This document shows, piece by piece, positions 37,083 to 50,100 of a stretch of DNA of 64,000 nt. Position numbers and translations under genes: made by a program. Numbering within the stretch: position 1 is the first letter of the stretch; every line of letters starts with the position of its first letter. The stretch spans positions 130,016,001 through 130,080,000 of the forward strand of contig NC_086097.1 of assembly GCF_963921235.1 (NCBI RefSeq), written 5' to 3'. Under the pieces are notes generated by a model, which searched no databases, had not been told where the DNA came from, and saw only the letters and a program-made list of their open reading frames with translations. The DNA comes from Mobula hypostoma (lineage: Eukaryota).

Positions 37083-37904
37083 TGTTACGTAGCCCGTAAC
37101 TGGGTTGCCAAACCAGCAGAAATGGACCACTTAGTTGGAGTCTGGTTTAACAGAAGCTAATAAAGTTTTATTAAAGAAATAAGTAACACAGTACTCTAAT
37201 CGTAAGGATATAAATGCAACAGGTTAGCAATGATAAAACACACATGTAAACAGAACTAGGGTAATAGGAATCAATCAAGCTCTATTGCAGTCTGGGGTAA
37301 AATGATCAGTCTCAAGTGACGCAGAGTTCAGTTCAGCTTAGGTCAGTTCGCAGTAATCGCTGTTGTGCCGTTGGAGAGAGAGAGAGAATGCAAATTTCGA
37401 TTCAAACAGACCTTTGATGTTCTTTGCAGTGAGCTTTCAGGCGGACCCTTTGTTGTGTCTTCTGTGATCACCGACTGTGACCCCTCCGTTCCGGATACTA
37501 CCGCTCTTCCACAGTGAACCCGGCACCCAGGTAAGGGCGGATACACACACCAGGTTCCCGCCGATCGTACCCTTTCACCCTGTGCATCTATGGTCGGTTC
37601 CCGTGACCAGACCTCCAAACTCTCACCAACTTGTGGGGGCACACCGCTCTTCCAGGGTCTCGTTATCTCGTGGTGTGTCGTGCTTTAGCTAACCTGTTCT
37701 TTTTATCCCCCTGCTGGGGTATCGTTTGTCCATCAAACTTCAAACAGTTCAGGTTCAAAGCAACCAGTCTGTCAATACTCTGAAATGTGTTTCTTTCTCA
37801 TTAATCTCTCTCTTCTCTCTTATTAGCATTTTGAATGTTTCTCCATTGTCTCACTTATCTCTCTCATCAGCATCAATCTTCTGATAACTTGGTTTGTCCT
37901 CACA
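37083..37904 (-). mobile_element. Solo LTR (822 bp), probably Gypsy-type
   Basis: TGT...ACA termini, 4-bp TSD GTAC (37079-37082, 37905-37908), AATAAA on the minus strand near 37170. Confidence 0.8.
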
Positions 37905-39966
37905 GTACTGAAATCTCTGGTGTGCAGCTTGAATCTCCTACTGTCTGAATCAGGACTCGATATTAAAGATGAGGATGGGGTTGCATTTCCTGTTATGTTT
38001 TGTGAAAGAAAAGGCCAAGGGTAAATTTCTCTACACAATGAGCAGTTACAAACTGTAATGCACCACTTAAAAGGCTAGTGGAAGCAGATGCAACAAAGCA
38101 CTTTAAAAAGAGACTGGATAAATATTTGAAAGTGGAAAAACTTACAGTGGGCTGCAAGGGGACTAAGGAAACTGATTGGATTTGCTTTCAAAGAGATGGG
38201 ACTGTTACCAGGCTCAACATCCTGCTGCCATGCTTTATGATTCTATGCTTGTTTAATTCATACTTCACTAATGTATTTCAAAGACAGTTTGTGGAATACT
38301 GTACACCTATCTGCTCAAAGAAGGTACTGAGTAATTGAATAAGTGGAGTATGTGCAGAGCAAAGCTAGCTGAGCTGCCGCCTCATAGCACCGATAAGTTT
38401 GTGTAATTGACCATAAAAACACTGACACCAATCATCTGCTCAGATCTAGCACTCCTGCACAGCCCTCTGTTTTAATTTCATCGCTGTGCCTAGGAGTCTC
38501 TTAGATCTTTTTAACAAATTTGCCTCTCACACCACCCCGGCAGTGTTGCACTGACATCCTCCCCTATAATTTCCTCCAATCACCTTAATATTATACTCTC
38601 TCGTATTAGCCAATTCCACCCTGGGAGAAAGGTAATGGCTGTCCACTTTATCTATGCCTCTTGTTGTGTAATACACTTCTATCTAGTAAGCTCTCATGCT
38701 CCTTCTCTCCAAAGAGAAAAGCCCTAGGTCACTCAATTTAAGGACCTCCCCAGATAGAATTTAATCCAGAAACGTATGAAGTTAAGGACCTCCCCTGTCA
38801 TCTCCAGCTCCAGGCACATTTCCTCTTTTATTCCTGATCAGCCCTACTCTTACTCCAGTCATCCTCATGTTATTCATGTAGTGTATAACACCTCAAGAGT
38901 TTCCCTTAATCCTACACATCAAGGCCTTCTTATGCCTCTTTCTGTGTCCCTTCTTAAGCTCCTTCCTGGTTACCTTATAACTGCCTTGATCTTTGCTTCC
39001 TAAACCCTAAGTAAGTTTCTTTATTCCTCTTGACTAGACCTTCTAAGTCTCTTGTCAACCATGGTTCTTTCATGTCACCATCTTTTCCGTGCTTCAATGG
39101 GACAAACCTATTGAGAACCCCATGCCAGTGCTCCCAAAATAACCTCTACATTTCCATTGTGCATTTCCTTACATACACCATTTATGATGTATTGGAACAA
39201 ATTTATGCTCTCAAGGTCTTATCTAATAGCATAATTTGCCCTTCCCCCAATTAAATACTTTTCCATACTTCCTGGTCCAATGACATATCAAGGCTATGGT
39301 AAACGTCAAGGAATTGTGTTCACTGTGTCCAAAGCAGATGTAACAAAATGCTTTAAAAAGGACCCACCAAGAAATCCAGAGAACTGTTCATAGACCAGGT
39401 TCATTGCCTAATACTAGATCCAGTATGGCCTCTCCTCTAGTCAGCCTGTCCACATATTATTTCAGGAATCTTCCTGGTCACATCTAAGAAATTCTGCCTA
39501 ATCTAAACCTTCTGCACTAAGGCAGTGCCAATAAATATTCAGGAAGTTGAAGTCACACGATGCCAAACTAATCACGTCTGCCTGCACACATTCCACATCC
39601 CCCCAATTCCCTGCATACTCACGTGCCTATAATTCACTTCAATGCCAATATCTCATCTGATTCCACCACAAGCCTGGGCAACTCATTTTAGGCACCCGCC
39701 ACTGTACGTGTAAAAATAAACTTTCCCTATGCATCTCCTTTAAACTTTGCACCTCTCACATTAAATGGACGTCCTTTCCTATGTGAGGTCACCCAGTCTG
39801 TGCTTTGTGGTCTTGCCAACACAGAGGAGGCCACAGTGGGAGTACCAAATGCAGTAGATGAGGTGTATTCATTTAAATAACAGCTTAGGCAGCTGGTCAG
39901 TCAGGGTGGGTCCTAATGCTTAAAAAAACCTGTTTCTGGCATTGCATGGATGAAACCTAATACTTA

Positions 39967-41584
39967 CAGGGGCATGCAAATGTTTGGGCACCCCTGGTCA
40001 AAATTTCTGTACTGTGAATAGCTAAGAAAGTAAAAGATGACCTGATTTCCAAAAGGCCTAAAGTTAAAGGTAACACATTTCTTTAATATTTTAAGCAAGG
40101 TTACTTATTTATTTCCATCTTATACAGTTTCAAAATAACAAAAAAGGAAAAGGGCTCAAAGCAAAAGTTTGGGCACCCTGCATGGTCAGTACTTAGTAAC
40201 ATCCCCTTTGGCAAGTATCATAGCTTGTAAACGCTTTCTGTAGCCAGCTAAGAGTCTTTCAATTCTTGTTTGGGGGATTTCTGCCCATTCTTCCTTGCAA
40301 AAGGTTTCTAGTTCTGTGAGATTCTTGGGCCGTCTTGCATGCACTGCTCTTTTGAGGTCTATCCACAGATTTTCGATGATGTCTAGGTCGGGGGACTGTG
40401 AGGGCCATGGCAAAACCTTCAGCTTGCACCTCTTGAGGTAGTCCTATTGTGGCTTTTGAGGTGTGTTTAGGATCATTATCCTGTTGTAGAAGCCATCCTC
40501 TTTTCATCTTCAGCTTTTTTACAGATGGTGTGATGTTTGCTTCCAGAATTTGCTGATATTTAATTGAATTTATTCTTCCCTCTACCAGTGAAATGTTCCC
40601 CATGCCACTGGCGGCAACACAAGCCCAAAGCATGATCGATCCACCCCCTTGCTTAACAGTTGGAGAGGTGTTCTTTTCATGAAATTCTGCACCCTTTTTT
40701 CTCCAAACATACCTTTGCTCATTGCAGCGAAAAAGTTCTATTTTAACTTCATCAGTCCACAGGACTTGTTTCCAAACTGCATCAGGCTTGTTTAGATGTT
40801 CCTTTGCAAACTTCTGACGCTGAATTTTGTGGTGAGGACGCAGGAAACGTTTTCTTCTGATGACTCTTCCATGAAGGTCATATTTGTACAGGTGTCACTG
40901 CACAGTAGAACAGTGCACCACCACTCCAGAGTCTGCTAAATCTTCCTGAAGGTCTTTTGCAGTCAAACAGAGGTTTTAATTTGTCTTTCTAGCAATCCTA
41001 CGAGCAGTTCTCTCTGAAAGTTTTCTTGGTCTTCCGGACCTCAACTTGACCTCCACCATTCCTGTTAACTGCCATTTCTTAATTACATTACGAACTGAGG
41101 AAACAGCTACCTGAACATGCTTTGCTATCTTCTTATATCCTTCTCCTGCTTTGTGGGCATCATTTATTTTAATTTTCAGAGTGCTAGACAGCTGCTTAGA
41201 GGAGCCTAAGGCTGCTGATTGTTGGGACAAGGTTCGAGGAGTCAGGGTCTTTATAAAGCTTTGAAATTTGTATCACCTGGCCTTTCCTAACGATGACTGT
41301 GAACAAGCCATAGCCCTAACAAGCTAATTAAGGTCTGAGACCTTGGTAAAAGTTATCTGAGAGCTTAAATCTCTTGGGGTGCCCAAACTTTTGCATGGTG
41401 CTCCTTTCCTTTTTTCCCCACTCTAAAATTGTACAAAACAAAAATAATACCCTAATCTTGCTTAAAAAGTTGAAAAGAATGTTTCATCTTTAACTTTATG
41501 ACTTTTGGAGATCAGTTCATCATCTACTCACTTAACTATTCACAGTAACAGTAACAGGGATGCCCAAACTTTTGCATGTCACTG
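39967..41584 (-). mobile_element. Tc1 transposon, full length, IR-DR type ends, inactivated transposase
   Basis: TA TSD at 39965-66 and 41585-86. Repeat gcaaaagtttgggcaccc occurs twice per end (about 39976, 40161, 41378, 41558). Motifs GRPRK, WTDE, QQDNDPKH, WPSQSPDLDIIENLW; two in-frame stops and a frameshift. Confidence 0.95.
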
Positions 41585-42905
41585 TATGCTAAGGGAGGCA
41601 ATCTCCATGCTGGAACACTTGCTGAGGGTATGAGATTCCCCAACACAAATAACACTTATTTGCAACCCTGAAAATATTCTTTGTAAACATTAACTCTTTC
41701 TTTTCCTGATGAAAAAGATTTTGGGCAAATAAACTCACGATACAAAAACTTTTCATGAATTAACTTGCAATTTCACATTTTCAGCTGCAGCAATTAACTC
41801 CCACTCTTTGCAAGGATGGATCTTCACAGTTCCTTTTATGGTCCTGATGCAGGGTTTCGACCTGAAACATCAACAGTTCCTCTCCTCCTAAAGATGCTGC
41901 ATGATCTGCTGAGATCCCCTAGTACACTGTTTGTTGATCCAGGTTCCAGAATTAGCAGCCTCTCATGTCTCTATTCCTTTTATGGTGTTTTGTATCAGAG
42001 TAAGTAAAGAATAAATTAAACTAATTCTGGATTTAACATTTGCTCCTACAGAAGCAGTACAAATGATTGGCTTGAGCATTCACATGAACTATTTTTCCCC
42101 CGTAAATATAATTATGAAGAAAGATAATTGTTTAAGAAACCCTCAATGCTGACATTCCCACATCTCCTTGGGCTTGCTCTCAAGAATGGCACAGTGACAC
42201 ATAGTGTTCCTGTTTCCAACCACTTCGCAAGGATGTACCAGCTGGTAGGTTAATTTTCCACTGTAAAATGCCCCTAGAGTGTAGGTGGATAGTAGAATCT
42301 GGGAAAAGTCAATGGCAATGCATGAAGGATAAGTTACAGGGACAGTAAGGTTGAGAAAAGAATTCCTCTGTGCGCCGACATAGGAGACAGAGGGATGGTT
42401 GACATTTCAGATCTGAACCCTACTTCGGGATTGAGAGCATCAAAGAAAATCAGTCAGTACAAAGGCTAGAAAATGATAGATGGAACCTGGTGAGGTGGGG
42501 AATGACAGGCATTTTGAGCCAGGTGGGGAAAGAAGAAATTAGAGGCATGGTCTGAAAAGTGATTGGAGAGACAGATGGAGTTGGATGGGGGAAGGGAGAA
42601 GAGCAGGCTTACAGGCTGGAAGGTGATGTCACTTGTCCTCATATCTCTTTACGTGGCTGAGCATCAGTCTTTGTTTGATAACAGCTCCAGTGAAAACAAC
42701 TTGAAACAGCACCAGACATCTTCAGTGAATGTGACAGCGTAATCCACAAATCCGCATCGAAGATTGAAAAGTACTGGTGGTCCAACTGTAATGCATAGGA
42801 GCAGCACTGCACTGTGACACTCAACATTGTCTGGGAGCAGACTAGTCTCTGGAGCAGAATGGAGACGGATGCGTTTCATACCCGGCCTCTCAGTTTTAGA
42901 GACTC

Positions 42906-43528
42906 AGACTGGGAGACCGCTTTGCTGAACATCTACGCTCTGTCCGCCAGAGAAAGCAGGATCTCCCAGTGGCCACACATTTTAATTCCACATCCCATTC
43001 CCATTCTGACATGTCTATCCACGGCCTCCTCTACTGTAAGGATGAAGCCACACTCAGGTTGGAGGAACAACACCTTATATTCCGTCTGGGTAGCCTCCAA
43101 CCTGATGGCATGAACATTGACTTCTCTAACTTCCGCTAGGCCCCACCTCCCCCTCGTACCCCAGCTGTTACTCATTTTTATGCACACATTCTTTCTCTCA
43201 CTCTCCTTTTTCTCCCTCTGTCCCTCTGAATATACCTCTTGCCCATCCTCTGGGTCACCCCCCCCGTCTTTCTTCCCGGACCTCCTGTCCCATGATCCTC
43301 TCGTATCCCCTTTTGCCTATCACCTGTCCAGCTCTCGGCTCTATCCCTCCCCCTCCTGTCTTCTCCTATCATTTTGCATCTCCCCCTCCCCCTCCAGCTT
43401 TCAAATCCCTTACTCACTCTTCCTTCAGTTAGTCCTGACGAAGGGTCTCGGCCTGAAACGTCGACTGCGCCTCTTCCTATAGATGCTGCTTGGCCTGCTG
43501 CGTTCACCAGCAACTTTGATGTATGTTG
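42906..43528 (+). mobile_element. Penelope-like retroelement 3' fragment
   Basis: RLGDRFAEHLRSVRQRKQDLPVATHFN...LRLEEQHLIFRLGSLQPDGMNIDF (GIY-YIG C-terminus); same family as 9357-9925. Confidence 0.9.
43431..43466 (+). ncRNA. Minimal type I hammerhead ribozyme motif (best copy)
   Basis: agtc CTGACGA a gggtctcggcct GAAA cg TC gact: stem I agtc/gact, a stem II hairpin, palindromic ACGT stem III, predicted GUC cleavage after 43462. Confidence 0.75.
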
Positions 43529-45819
43529 TCTCAGTTTTACACTTTGGTGAGGGCCAATAGACTTGTTTTTCAATAAACTTTGCCAACATCATTTCAATTA
43601 CTCTACATAAGTGGAATATGATTTCAAATGATTTTATTATATTTATGTTTAACCTTTTATATATTTTATATATAGTTTTTATATATAATTTATATTTTTT
43701 GACTTGACTGTTTATAGGCACTTGTGTTGTAGTTTTTCACTGATTTTATTGTATTTCTTTGTGAACTTCTGCAAAAAAGTGAATTTCAGGGCAGTATATG
43801 GTGACATATACTGGATAATAAATTTATTTTGAACTTTGAATATTAAATGTTTTTTGTATGATAAGTTACAAAAATTTCGGTACTGAACATTCAGTAACAC
43901 TTTTAACTCAACAGGTACTTCACTAAATTTCCCCAAGTTACACAACCACAAAACTAGACAATCAACAGCTAAGTATGCACTTGGGGCCCCTTATCTAAGC
44001 ACACTTTCCCAATGGTTCTTCAGCAAACTCAGCTTGAAGTGAGCCCCTAGTGAAAGAGACAGTCTTTTGCACGTGTTATTCTTATACCCCTGAGGTGCCC
44101 AGAACCGGAAGCTGGTGCTGTGGACCGAAAGCCAGCCAATGAGAAAGAGCTACTGCCTCCTTCAAATGGGCCAAACAACCACCAGCAATGCAGAAGCTGC
44201 TTTCAACTGGCAAGTAAGTTAAATCTTCACACAACATTGACAATAGATAGCTCAAGATCAAAGCAATTTGTTTTTAAAAGTGCTTCCAATTCTGGAAAAC
44301 AATCCTTAAAGGATTACCGTGACGTTGCTTTCTCTCTTCGGCAGTTTATCTACATCTCATTAAAATGTCTACGAGTCACTAGAATACTGCATTCCACCTG
44401 TCAGGTCTGATCATCATTTCCCAATCAATTTGGGAGCTGAATAATCTGTATTTAACCTTCAAATTTACAGTCCACACCATTTATATTTCCTTTCCAAAAA
44501 ATCTTAATCAAACCTAAATCACAACTGCAGTCTTTTGTGAATATTTTTAAACTGGGGTTGAAATCATGATTTTCTTTTTAAAAGAACAAGGAAAAGAAAT
44601 TGATTAGTTTGCTTCCCTAGGTCTGCATTCAATTTAAGATTTTAGAGGTAGAATATAAACACACTCACACACACAGAATGTAAATCTTTTGGCTATTGTA
44701 TTATGAAAGTATATTGTGCACTCTTTCTTGAACATTTAAACTTCCCATGGTTTCAAACCAGTTTTAAATTTAAACTGTGACAGCAAATGTTTCCAGAATT
44801 TCTGAGATGAATCATTTCATAGAAATCTGCTGGAAACAGTCAGCAGATCAGACAGTAACTGTGGAAAGCAGATCAGTTAAAACTGCAGGTGCATCAGTTT
44901 TGAAGAAGGAATGTACACTTGAAATATAACTGTTCCTCTCCCCACAGATTCTCACTGATCTGAGAACTGTTTCCAGCATTTTCTATGTTTATTTCAGAAT
45001 TCCAGTACATCTTGACGTTTCGTATCTGTACTGTCGACAAAATATCCACAGTAATCTTGAACTTTGCTGATAATAACGTACATTTATTGAACTTCCGGGA
45101 AACATGCTGCCAATATCCTTTATTTCAAATGATGCTTTTTTATTTTGACATGTATTTCAAATGAAAATTGTAGATGTTTGAAGAGCCAGAGGTTTTATAC
45201 CACCGCTTTACTCTGAGTAAATATTTATACAAGTGATCCCACTGCATGCTGAAGTCCTAATCCTCCCACTCAAGCCTGTGTAGATTAGCTAAATTGCAGA
45301 ACAATAATATATAAACACAAAATCAGAAACTGCTGGAAATACTGAGATCAGGTGGCATCTGTGGTAAGAGAAACCATTAGCTCTTTACGTCAAAGACCAT
45401 CTGTCCAGTTAGAATGTTTTCGGTATTTTGTGTTTTAGTATGAGATTTCCAGTTTCTGCAGGTTTCCCCCCATTTATTGTGTAATACATGATGTTCATCT
45501 GAAATCTGGAAACGATAATTGAGACTTTGAGGTAGGTACAACCTCATTCATACATTTAAAGTTAGGTTATGGTCCAGTTGGCAGCTGAATGAGTCGATAG
45601 GCTATGATATTCTTTACAGAAAATCATTAACTACATGATTTAGTATTAATGGTTGAGGTGTAATGAATGGAGAGAAAATTATGCGAGAGACGGCAGAACA
45701 CGAGGAGGTTTGGACAGCATTCATTTATGTCAAAGCTTCAACAGGAAGGTCTTCAGTGGAGCACACAAAAAATCAGCTGTGATCCAGGTAAAAGTTACAC
45801 TTCATCTGGACAAATTAAC

Positions 45820-46352
45820 AAATCACTTGGAGCACTGTGTACAATTCTGGTTAATGCATTACAGGAAGGATAAGGAAGGTTTGAAAAAAGTTCAGAAGAG
45901 GTTTACCAGGATACTTTGTGGATTAAAGGATACTAGCTACAAGGAGAAGTTAGAAAAACTTGGATTGTTTTCTCTGGAGTGTCGGAGGCTGAGCAGAGGC
46001 TTGATAGAAGTTTAAAATTAAGGGAGGCAAAGATAGGGTAGATATACAAAATCTTTTACCCAGCGTAGAAATGTTGAAACTAGCAGGCATGGTTTTAAGG
46101 AGGAATGCTCAAAGGAGAAGTATGTGGCACAATTTTTTATAAAGTGCCTGGAGTGTGCTGCTGGGGTTGCTAATGGAAGCAGATATGACTGTAGTATTCA
46201 AGAGGCTTTTAGACAGGCACATGAATGTGGTGGGAATAGAGGGATATAGATTTTGTGTAGACAGTAGGGCTTAGCTTGATTTGACATCATACTCAGCACA
46301 AACATGATGGGCTGAAAGGCCTACTATTCCTGCACTGTGCTTTTCTATGTTC
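45820..46352 (+). mobile_element. CR1 LINE 3' fragment (old)
   Basis: HLEHCVQFW..YRKD..LKKVQKRFTR..SYKEKLEKLGLFSLECRRL; ttctatgtt tail. Confidence 0.8.
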
Positions 46353-46902
46353 ATGCTGGTTGGAGTACAATTTAAAAAAAGGAAACCTTATATTATTACT
46401 TTTAAAGCAATATGATGGTCCTCAACTATTGATGTTAATATAATGATCTTAGCTGATGGAACTGGAGATAGTAAGAACACTTGAACAAAACCAGAGATGA
46501 AGAAGGGTCATAATCAACTGATCAAGTAAATTTTGACAGGGTTACACATTTTGTTTGTGGGGGTTTATCAATACACTGAGATAATTAGGATAGTGGTAGC
46601 CTCTTGAAATAAGGTACAGGTGGGGGGGGAAATCAAGAGCATTCTGACATGGATCCTTCAAGATGGTATTCACGTACCACTTTGATCAGCTAAGGGTGAC
46701 AAACACCACTGGTGAGACAGTTCACTGTTCACTATTTACCTGAGTAATCCATCACTAGGTACAATATCTCGTATTGGGTGTTCATCTGGCTTGCTTGATT
46801 ATATTGTGTTCATATCATTTCTTGGTGACTCAATAAACTGGTCTATTCAACGACCTTTGGGAAAACCTATAATCTCTGTAAAAAAAAGAGTTAAAATCTT
46901 AC

Positions 46903-47114
46903 AGCCTTTGTGCTAGTGTTTTACCATAGGCTTTTAACAAACCAATATTAGGAAATGTGAAGAAGGGCTGGAGTGCATCTTCATTTCTCTGAGGTGGCTC
47001 AAAAGAAAGCAACATCTTGATTGGTGATATAATATCCACTGGCAACTTTTGATTCCATTCAGCCCAGTGTACAAATTCCAAACTCGATTCTGGAATTCTT
47101 TTTCCCTTGAGCTC
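46903..47114 (-). CDS. Host-gene coding exon (212 nt, phase 0 to 2): ELKGKRIPESS...LKAYGKTLAQR; possibly C9orf72-like DENN protein
   Basis: Acceptor gtttcgtacccatctctgaag, donor GCT|gtaaga, 70 open codons in non-repetitive DNA, in phase with exon 56735-56932. LPVDIISPIKMLLS resembles C9orf72 LTGEVIPVMELLS. Confidence 0.6.
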
Positions 47115-50100
47115 CTTCAGAGATGGGTACGAAACAACACATACTACATGCTTAAACACAGATCACACTAACAAATAACAGCACAGAATGTTTATCAGCA
47201 TTAAATAACAATATTATCCATAAATGCACACTTGTTCATATGCCTGCAACCAAAGTGTGAATGAAATCAGGCTCTTCGCTCCCCTTGACAGCAGTGAGTT
47301 TCACTGTCACAGTTCAGCACTCACACTTCAGCTACTTCTAACTTCCTGGCTGGAAATGCTGTGTATCTCCTGTACAATAATCAGTGAACACAGTTAACAT
47401 TCTCACATCTCTGAATACAGCAGCAAACAGCAGTTAGTCAAACACTGAGTAAATGCAATTATGGAAAACATTTCTTTCACAATGTCCATGCACCGTATGC
47501 CAAGACTAACACAAGACCTTGACGACACATTCATTCAGATTTGGTGAGCTTAGATAATTTTACAATGTACTTGAAAACCCAGTAGTGAAATCTACTTGTG
47601 AATTTATCCATTTTTATTTTCTGATTAGCTGCACGATTGTACAAAGGTTTCATCATCAACTCTCCAATCTAATGTGCAAACAGGAAAACAAATTTTTGCA
47701 ATGACAACAATCATTGTAACTTAAAGGCTCAGAATAATTGAAAGACCATACACAAACACGACAATGTGTTCAAGTTCTACATCATACATTAAAGGCCGCT
47801 GCTTCCACAGATCTGGATTAAAGGCGCTTGTTTTATGATGAATAATTTCTCTGCTTCTGGGAGCAGTTTATTATTACTACTCTCAAGCTATTAGATACTC
47901 ACACTGTAAGATTACACAAGGTGGTTATTTAAATGTTTGGTTTGTTCCACCTGTAATCCAAACATATCTGGTGCTCTCTACACTCTCTCCTATATTCCTT
48001 TTCACTTTAGTTGAATCTCAACCACTCTTATGAGTGTATATCTCAATCCAGTCTGTATGGATTGAACTTCTAACCCTTCCTTAGTTTAGTAAAGGGCATA
48101 TTTCCAGAAATCCAGGCTTCACTGTTAGCATGACTCAGTGGCTGGACTTGTCACCTCTCAACCAGTGGGCTTAATCCCACCCAGACACACAACCCAAGCT
48201 GATCATCCATTGATCTTTTGGATAAAAACATGAAACCAAGATTCAATTACTCACACAATTGCACATAAAATATTATTCAAAGTGGAAAGGAAGCATCATT
48301 CCATGTGTCCAAAGCAACATTTATTCCTTAGCCAGCATTATGAAAACATAACTTCTATCATTGTTATTTGTGGAAGCTTGAATACAAACTGAGAGCTCTT
48401 TTTTGGTACCTGGCTTCATAAAGTGAGAGCGATGTGGCCAGCCAAATTAAAGATGATTGGGTAGTCTCTTTATCAATGAAGTTTAGTAACGACATTTGAC
48501 GTAAGTGACTCTGACTGTGCTTGTGCATAAAACAGGATTAGAAGTATGCTCTATTCAGAATAGGATATATGACTAGCTTATTAAACTAGCGTAACGTTGA
48601 GACAGATTTCAGCCTGATGTGAGTGACTGTGAGCAAGTTTGACATAAAACTGGATTAGAAGTATGAGCCATTCAGACTAGAACACAGTGCAAAGTTTAAA
48701 AGAACTCAGGTGCTTTCGGCTTTTATTCAGTGAGTGGCAATCAACATGGAGCCAATAAAAATAAAGGATGTGTAAGCGGAGCGGCCACTGTTAGATTAGG
48801 ACGGTGTAAGAGTGGTCCAAATTTGGTTCAACAGGCTGGTCAAGCACACGTGGAGGTTCTAAGTAAGCAAGGAAGTTTCTAGTAAGTTTTCGTTTCTGTT
48901 ACTACATAGCTAGTGTACAGAGAATGGGTCCGGAGTTAGAGGTAAGTTCCCTGTGTGAGGTGTGGGAAATTTGGGAGACCTCCAGTCTCTCTGATAACTA
49001 CAACTTCACGAAGTGCATCCAGCTGCAGCTCCTGAGAGACCGTGTTAACGAACTGGAGCTGCAGCTGGATTGCCTTTGGCTTAGACGGGAAAATAAGGTA
49101 ATAGATAGCAGCTGTAGGGCGGTAGTTACCACTAAGTTGCAGAAGGCAAGTACTTGGATGACCGTCAGGAGAGGGAAAGGAAACAGACTGCCAGTGCAGA
49201 GTATTCCTGCACCTGTTACCCCCAGTACTAAGTACACTGCTTTGGATACTGTTAGGAAGACGACCTACCAGGGGAAGCCACAGTGACCAGATCTCTGGCA
49301 CGGAGTGTGGCTCTGTGGCTTGGGAGGCGGGTGGGTGGGGAAAGAAGAGCTCATAGTGATAGTGGATTCTATAATTAGAGGAGAAGAACGCAGATTCTGT
49401 GGACGTGAAAGAGACACCCAGATGGTATGTTGTCTCCCAGGTGCCAAGGTCAGGGATGTCTCGAATTGGAACCACAGCACTCTACAGAAAGAGGGTGAAC
49501 AGCTGGATGTCGTGGTGCATTGTGGTATCCACAACATAGTTAGAAAAAGGAAGGAGATCGACAAGAGAGAATACAGGGAGCTAGACAGAAAGCTGAAAAG
49601 CAGGACCTCCAGGGTAGTAATCTCTGAATTGATGACTGTGCCATACACCAGTGAGGGTAATAACAGGATGATTTGGCAGATGAATGAGTACCTGAGGAAC
49701 TGGTGAAGGGGGCAGGGTTTCAGATTTCTGGATTATTGGAATCTCCTCTGGGGACTGTATGACCTGTTTAAAAAAAAAAGGACGGGTTACACCTGAACTC
49801 AAGAGGGATCAATATCCCTCTTTGCTGGCAGGTTTTCAAGAGCTGTTGGGAAGGTTTAAATTAATTTGGCAGGGGGATGAGAACCGAAGTGATAGGGCTG
49901 AAGATGGGGCCATTGGTATACAGGTAGATGCAATGTGTAGTGAGACTGTGAGGAAGGACAGGCAGATAATAGGGCAAAATTACAGTCAGTGGGATGAGTT
50001 AAAGTATAACAGGGGACCAAAATCAAGAAGGGTGATGAATACAGGAATGAAGATGGTATACTTGAGTAAGCACAGTATAGAAAATAAGGTAGATTATCTT

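Noticed and set aside
46940..47030. IKMLLSFEPPQRNEDALQPFF as protein kinase subdomain XI
   Set aside because: Superficially similar, but the spacing is off and the in-phase upstream exon has no kinase motifs.
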